Shown here one piece after another: positions 61,042 to 64,000 of a stretch of 64,000 nt of DNA. Location: positions 13,593 through 77,592 of the forward strand of contig JBKHBT010000005.1 of assembly GCA_046542255.1 (NCBI GenBank), written 5' to 3'. Position numbers and translations under genes: made by a program. The DNA is from Candidatus Zixiibacteriota bacterium. Its GTDB lineage: Bacteria; UBP14; UBA6098; JBKHBT01. Every line of letters begins with the position of its first letter. Positions within the stretch are counted from its first letter, which is position 1. The notes under the pieces were generated by a model. It had not been told where the DNA came from. It ran no database searches and saw only the letters and a list, made by a program, of their open reading frames with translations.

Positions 61042-61320
61042 ATCTCCTCATATATCAATATAAAATGGGGAAGGCAAATTATCAATCACAAACTAAAAAA
61101 GAAAGCCCTTTGAATAGTAGATATTCACTACAACAAGCATGAATAACAATGTTGCAAAAATCTAATAAGTTGTTTATTACAAAAATAGAAATTTAAGTTT
61201 TAAGGAAAAATTTGTTAGATAGCATTAAATATTGATTTTTTCCTGATAATGACTTTTTAATGCTATCTTGCGCTTTAGCCCTTTACTAATGAATTACTAA
61301 TGTGTATATTTATGTATATT

Positions 61321-62112
61321 ATGATGAATGCACTTAATAAGACGCTTCACGGGTTTAAGAAATTTTCAATCGATGTTTATGATTTCTTTGAATTGAGTTT
61401 CAAGGCTTTCATTGGCCTTTTTTTTAAGCCCTTATATTTCAAAGATATACTCTATCAGATGCAATTTATTGGAGTTGGCTCTTTGCCGATTGTTGCACTT
61501 ACCTCGTTTTTTACGGGTATGATTCTTGCTTTGCAAAGTGGCGTGGCTATGGCGGTTTTTGGCGCTAAGATGTATGTTGGTACCGTTGTTTCGCTTTCTA
61601 TCGTTCTCGAGCTTGGGCCTATGCTCACGGCAATTGTAGTCGCTGGAAGGGTAGGAGCATCGATTGCTGCTGAGCTTGGCTCGATGAAGGTTACCGAGCA
61701 AATCGATGCAATGCGCGCTATGGCAACAGACCCAATCAAAAAACTTGTAACGACAAGATTGATCGCCGGGCTTATTATGATTCCAGCCTTGACATTTATT
61801 GGAGATTTTCTCGGAATTATGGGCGGAGCTTTTGTCGCTATCAATCAACTGGGGCTAATTTACAATACGTACATCAAAACGGTTTTCGACATGCTAAGCA
61901 TGGATTTCCTATTTATTGGTTTTGTCAAACCGTTCTTTTTCTCTACTATAATTATTCTTGTTGCAAGCTACACAGGTTTGAATACAAAAGGCGGGACTGA
62001 AGGCGTAGGAAAATCCACGACAAATTCTGTGGTTATATCATCCATACTAATACTTGTCAGCGATTATTTCTTAAATATTTTCCTATTTTGGATTCTGGGA
62101 GTATCCTATTAA
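61321..62112 (+). CDS. mlaE: MlaE family ABC transporter permease
   Basis: IGVGSLPIV, ELGPMLTAIVVAGRVGASIAAELGSMKVTEQIDAM, GGTEGVGKSTT. Confidence 0.93.
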   Translation: MMNALNKTLHGFKKFSIDVYDFFELSFKAFIGLFFKPLYFKDILYQMQFIGVGSLPIVALTSFFTGMILALQSGVAMAVFGAKMYVGTVVSLSIVLELGPMLTAIVVAGRVGASIAAELGSMKVTEQIDAMRAMATDPIKKLVTTRLIAGLIMIPALTFIGDFLGIMGGAFVAINQLGLIYNTYIKTVFDMLSMDFLFIGFVKPFFFSTIIILVASYTGLNTKGGTEGVGKSTTNSVVISSILILVSDYFLNIFLFWILGVSY

Positions 62113-62858
62113 TGTTAAAGCTCGAGAATATATCCAAATCGTTCGATGGTACCAGTGTTTTAAAGGGTATAGACCTTGAAATCGCTGATGGTGAAACAAT
62201 AATTATACTTGGAAGATCCGGTAGCGGTAAAAGCGTTACACTGAAATTGATCCTCCGTCTGCTTTTGCCTGATGAAGGCAGAATTTTTGTAGATGGCGAG
62301 GATACTACCGAATATTCTGAAAGCCAGATGATGCGTATCCGAAAAAAAATTGGAATGCTTTTCCAGGGTTCTGCCTTATTCGATTCGATGTCTGTATGGG
62401 AAAACCTGGCATTTCCGCTTCGTGAGCACACGAAGTTGACACTTCATGAAATGGATGAAAGAATCGAAGAGCTTTTATACTATGTCGATATGTCCGGGAC
62501 AGAGAATAAATCGCCCGCAGAATTATCCGGCGGTATGAAAAAGAGGATCGCACTCGCAAGAGCAATGATAATGAAGCCTAAATATATTTTCTACGATGAG
62601 CCTACAACCGGCCTAGACCCGATTACTGCCATGACTATCAATGACCTTATCGTCAAAACAAGTAAAGAACACGGTATAACATCGGTAGTTGTTACACATG
62701 ATATGGTATCGGCATTCTATGTAGGCGATCGCTTCTCTTTTTTGCATGATGGTGATATAATTTTTAATGGCTCGGCCGAAGAGATTCGAAAATCTGATAA
62801 ACCTGCAATTCAAAAATTCCTTAAGGAAGCAAAATGGAAGAAAAAGTCAAACGAATAA
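62112..62858 (+). CDS. mlaF: MlaF family ABC transporter ATP-binding protein
   Basis: GRSGSGKS, LFQGSALFDSM, LSGGMKKRIALARA, YDEPTTGLDP, VTHD; the start overlaps the mlaE stop (TAATG). Confidence 0.93.
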   Translation: MLKLENISKSFDGTSVLKGIDLEIADGETIIILGRSGSGKSVTLKLILRLLLPDEGRIFVDGEDTTEYSESQMMRIRKKIGMLFQGSALFDSMSVWENLAFPLREHTKLTLHEMDERIEELLYYVDMSGTENKSPAELSGGMKKRIALARAMIMKPKYIFYDEPTTGLDPITAMTINDLIVKTSKEHGITSVVVTHDMVSAFYVGDRFSFLHDGDIIFNGSAEEIRKSDKPAIQKFLKEAKWKKKSNE

Positions 62859-63820
62859 ACCTAAGAGAAACCAAAAAAGTCGCTATTGGGACTGTGATAA
62901 TTTTCGCAATTTTGGTTGTTCTTGTAACAATCTATTTAGTAGGAAGAGACCAGGGGGTTTTGAGTAGGCGATATGAACTTCGCACTCGGATGAATTCAAC
63001 CGGCGGCCTTGAAGAAGGAGCACCGATTCATCTGGCGGGAGTTCGCGTAGGCTCTGTTTCCGATGTCTTCTTCGTTACAACAGAAGCAGGCTTGACAAGA
63101 GTAGAGGTAGTAATGTCTCTTAGTCCAAAATACCGAAACAGAATTAAATCCGATGCCAGGGCATATATCGGGACACTCGGTCTTTTGGGTGATAAATACC
63201 TCGGCCTAACTACTGGACAACCCAATTCTCAACCAGCTAAACCGGGTACATATTTGCAATCTGATGCTCCTGTAGATTTCGAGAGAGTGATTCAAAACTC
63301 TATTGGTGTTATCGACGATTTCAAAGAGGGGGCCAAAAGCCTTCGAAATATCGCCACAAAGATCGATTCTGGAAAAGGTACTCTCGGTATGCTGGTGAAT
63401 AATTCAGATATGTATGTGGATATGAATGGCCTTGTTAAGATGCTTCATGGGGTAGGACGGAAGGTCGAAAATAATAAAGGCACAATTGGAAGGCTTTTTA
63501 ATGATCCCGAGCTTTATACATCGCTGGATAATGCACTCAAGGATATTTCGGCAACTCTCGATACTTTCCAGCAATCGCAGGGCACGCTCAAGCTACTTAT
63601 GACAGATAGAGAAGCCTATGACAACATGATTGCGACGCTGGCAAGAGCCGATAGCCTGCTCTACCAGATAGAAAAGGGAGATGGAACGGCTGGCCAGTTT
63701 ATTTCCAATCGTGAATTATACGATAAGCTAAATGGCACGGTCGATGACATGAATATCTTTCTCGAGGACTTCATGGATAATCCACGGAAATATATCGATT
63801 TGAAGGTCAGTATTTTTTAG
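62834..63820 (+). CDS. mlaD: MlaD/MCE family protein with helical extension
   Basis: N-terminal TM, GLEEGAPIHLAGVRVGSV, GLLGDKYL, repeated GTLGMLVN/GTIGRLFN/GTAGQFIS, NPRKYI. Confidence 0.9.
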   Translation: MEEKVKRINLRETKKVAIGTVIIFAILVVLVTIYLVGRDQGVLSRRYELRTRMNSTGGLEEGAPIHLAGVRVGSVSDVFFVTTEAGLTRVEVVMSLSPKYRNRIKSDARAYIGTLGLLGDKYLGLTTGQPNSQPAKPGTYLQSDAPVDFERVIQNSIGVIDDFKEGAKSLRNIATKIDSGKGTLGMLVNNSDMYVDMNGLVKMLHGVGRKVENNKGTIGRLFNDPELYTSLDNALKDISATLDTFQQSQGTLKLLMTDREAYDNMIATLARADSLLYQIEKGDGTAGQFISNRELYDKLNGTVDDMNIFLEDFMDNPRKYIDLKVSIF

Positions 63821-63837
63821 CTTTGAAGAATTTTATC

Positions 63838-63999
63838 CTACGATTTCAGAATCTGTTGAAGTCTTGATTCTAGGAGTTTTTCTTTGCAAACTCCAGCTAT
63901 ATTTATTTCGTTTTGCGATTTGATTTTAGGAGTATATTTTGTAAACAATCTCTTGATTTGTACAGAAAAGCCGACTGTACTGCCACACAAAGCACAAAA
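63838..63999 (-). CDS. C-terminal fragment of a gene entering from the window edge (has CxxC)
   Basis: Open frame FCALCGSTVGFSVQIKRLF...RLQQILKS* converging on mlaD. Confidence 0.45.
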   Translation of the reverse strand, partial: FCALCGSTVGFSVQIKRLFTKYTPKIKSQNEINIAGVCKEKLLESRLQQILKS

Positions 64000-64000
64000 G

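Noticed and set aside
157-63225. Numerous 60-200 aa antisense or nested ORFs in the track (e.g., 17866-18390, 40495-41037, 48901-49524, 55459-56001)
   Set aside because: They are shadows of well-supported genes on the opposite strand or another frame, with no recognisable motifs.

Overview
This is a roughly 40% GC chromosomal segment from a diderm bacterium that looks FCB-group-like. That placement is inferred from four proteins with T9SS-like C-terminal sorting domains, an MlaEFD transporter and secreted S8/C10 peptidases. Housekeeping genes include mutS2, thiD, rlmD, a nucleotidyltransferase, lon, hslVU, coaD, pgi, parAB, an M23 peptidase with a bactofilin, and mlaEFD. I found no rRNA, tRNA, CRISPR array or prophage core genes. 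Most notable: (1) an unannotated ~107-bp hairpin element in three diverged copies (7727-7834, 33281-33386, 34126-34232), each at a gene break, two of them bracketing a decayed IS1634 transposase; (2) a three-gene cluster of signal-peptide-bearing tail-fibre-like proteins (34641-43880), one ending in a near-complete ALK/LTK receptor-type TNF-like/glycine-rich domain; (3) two arrays of DnaA-box-like 9-mers with an exact 11-bp period (8442-8494, 50294-50357); (4) predicted pseudoenzymes or output-less sensors (His-to-Gln histidine kinase, Cys-to-Ala transglutaminase, PAS-only protein next to a TusA-like gene); (5) strong over-representation of TCGA in host-typical genes. All calls are by eye, without database searches.
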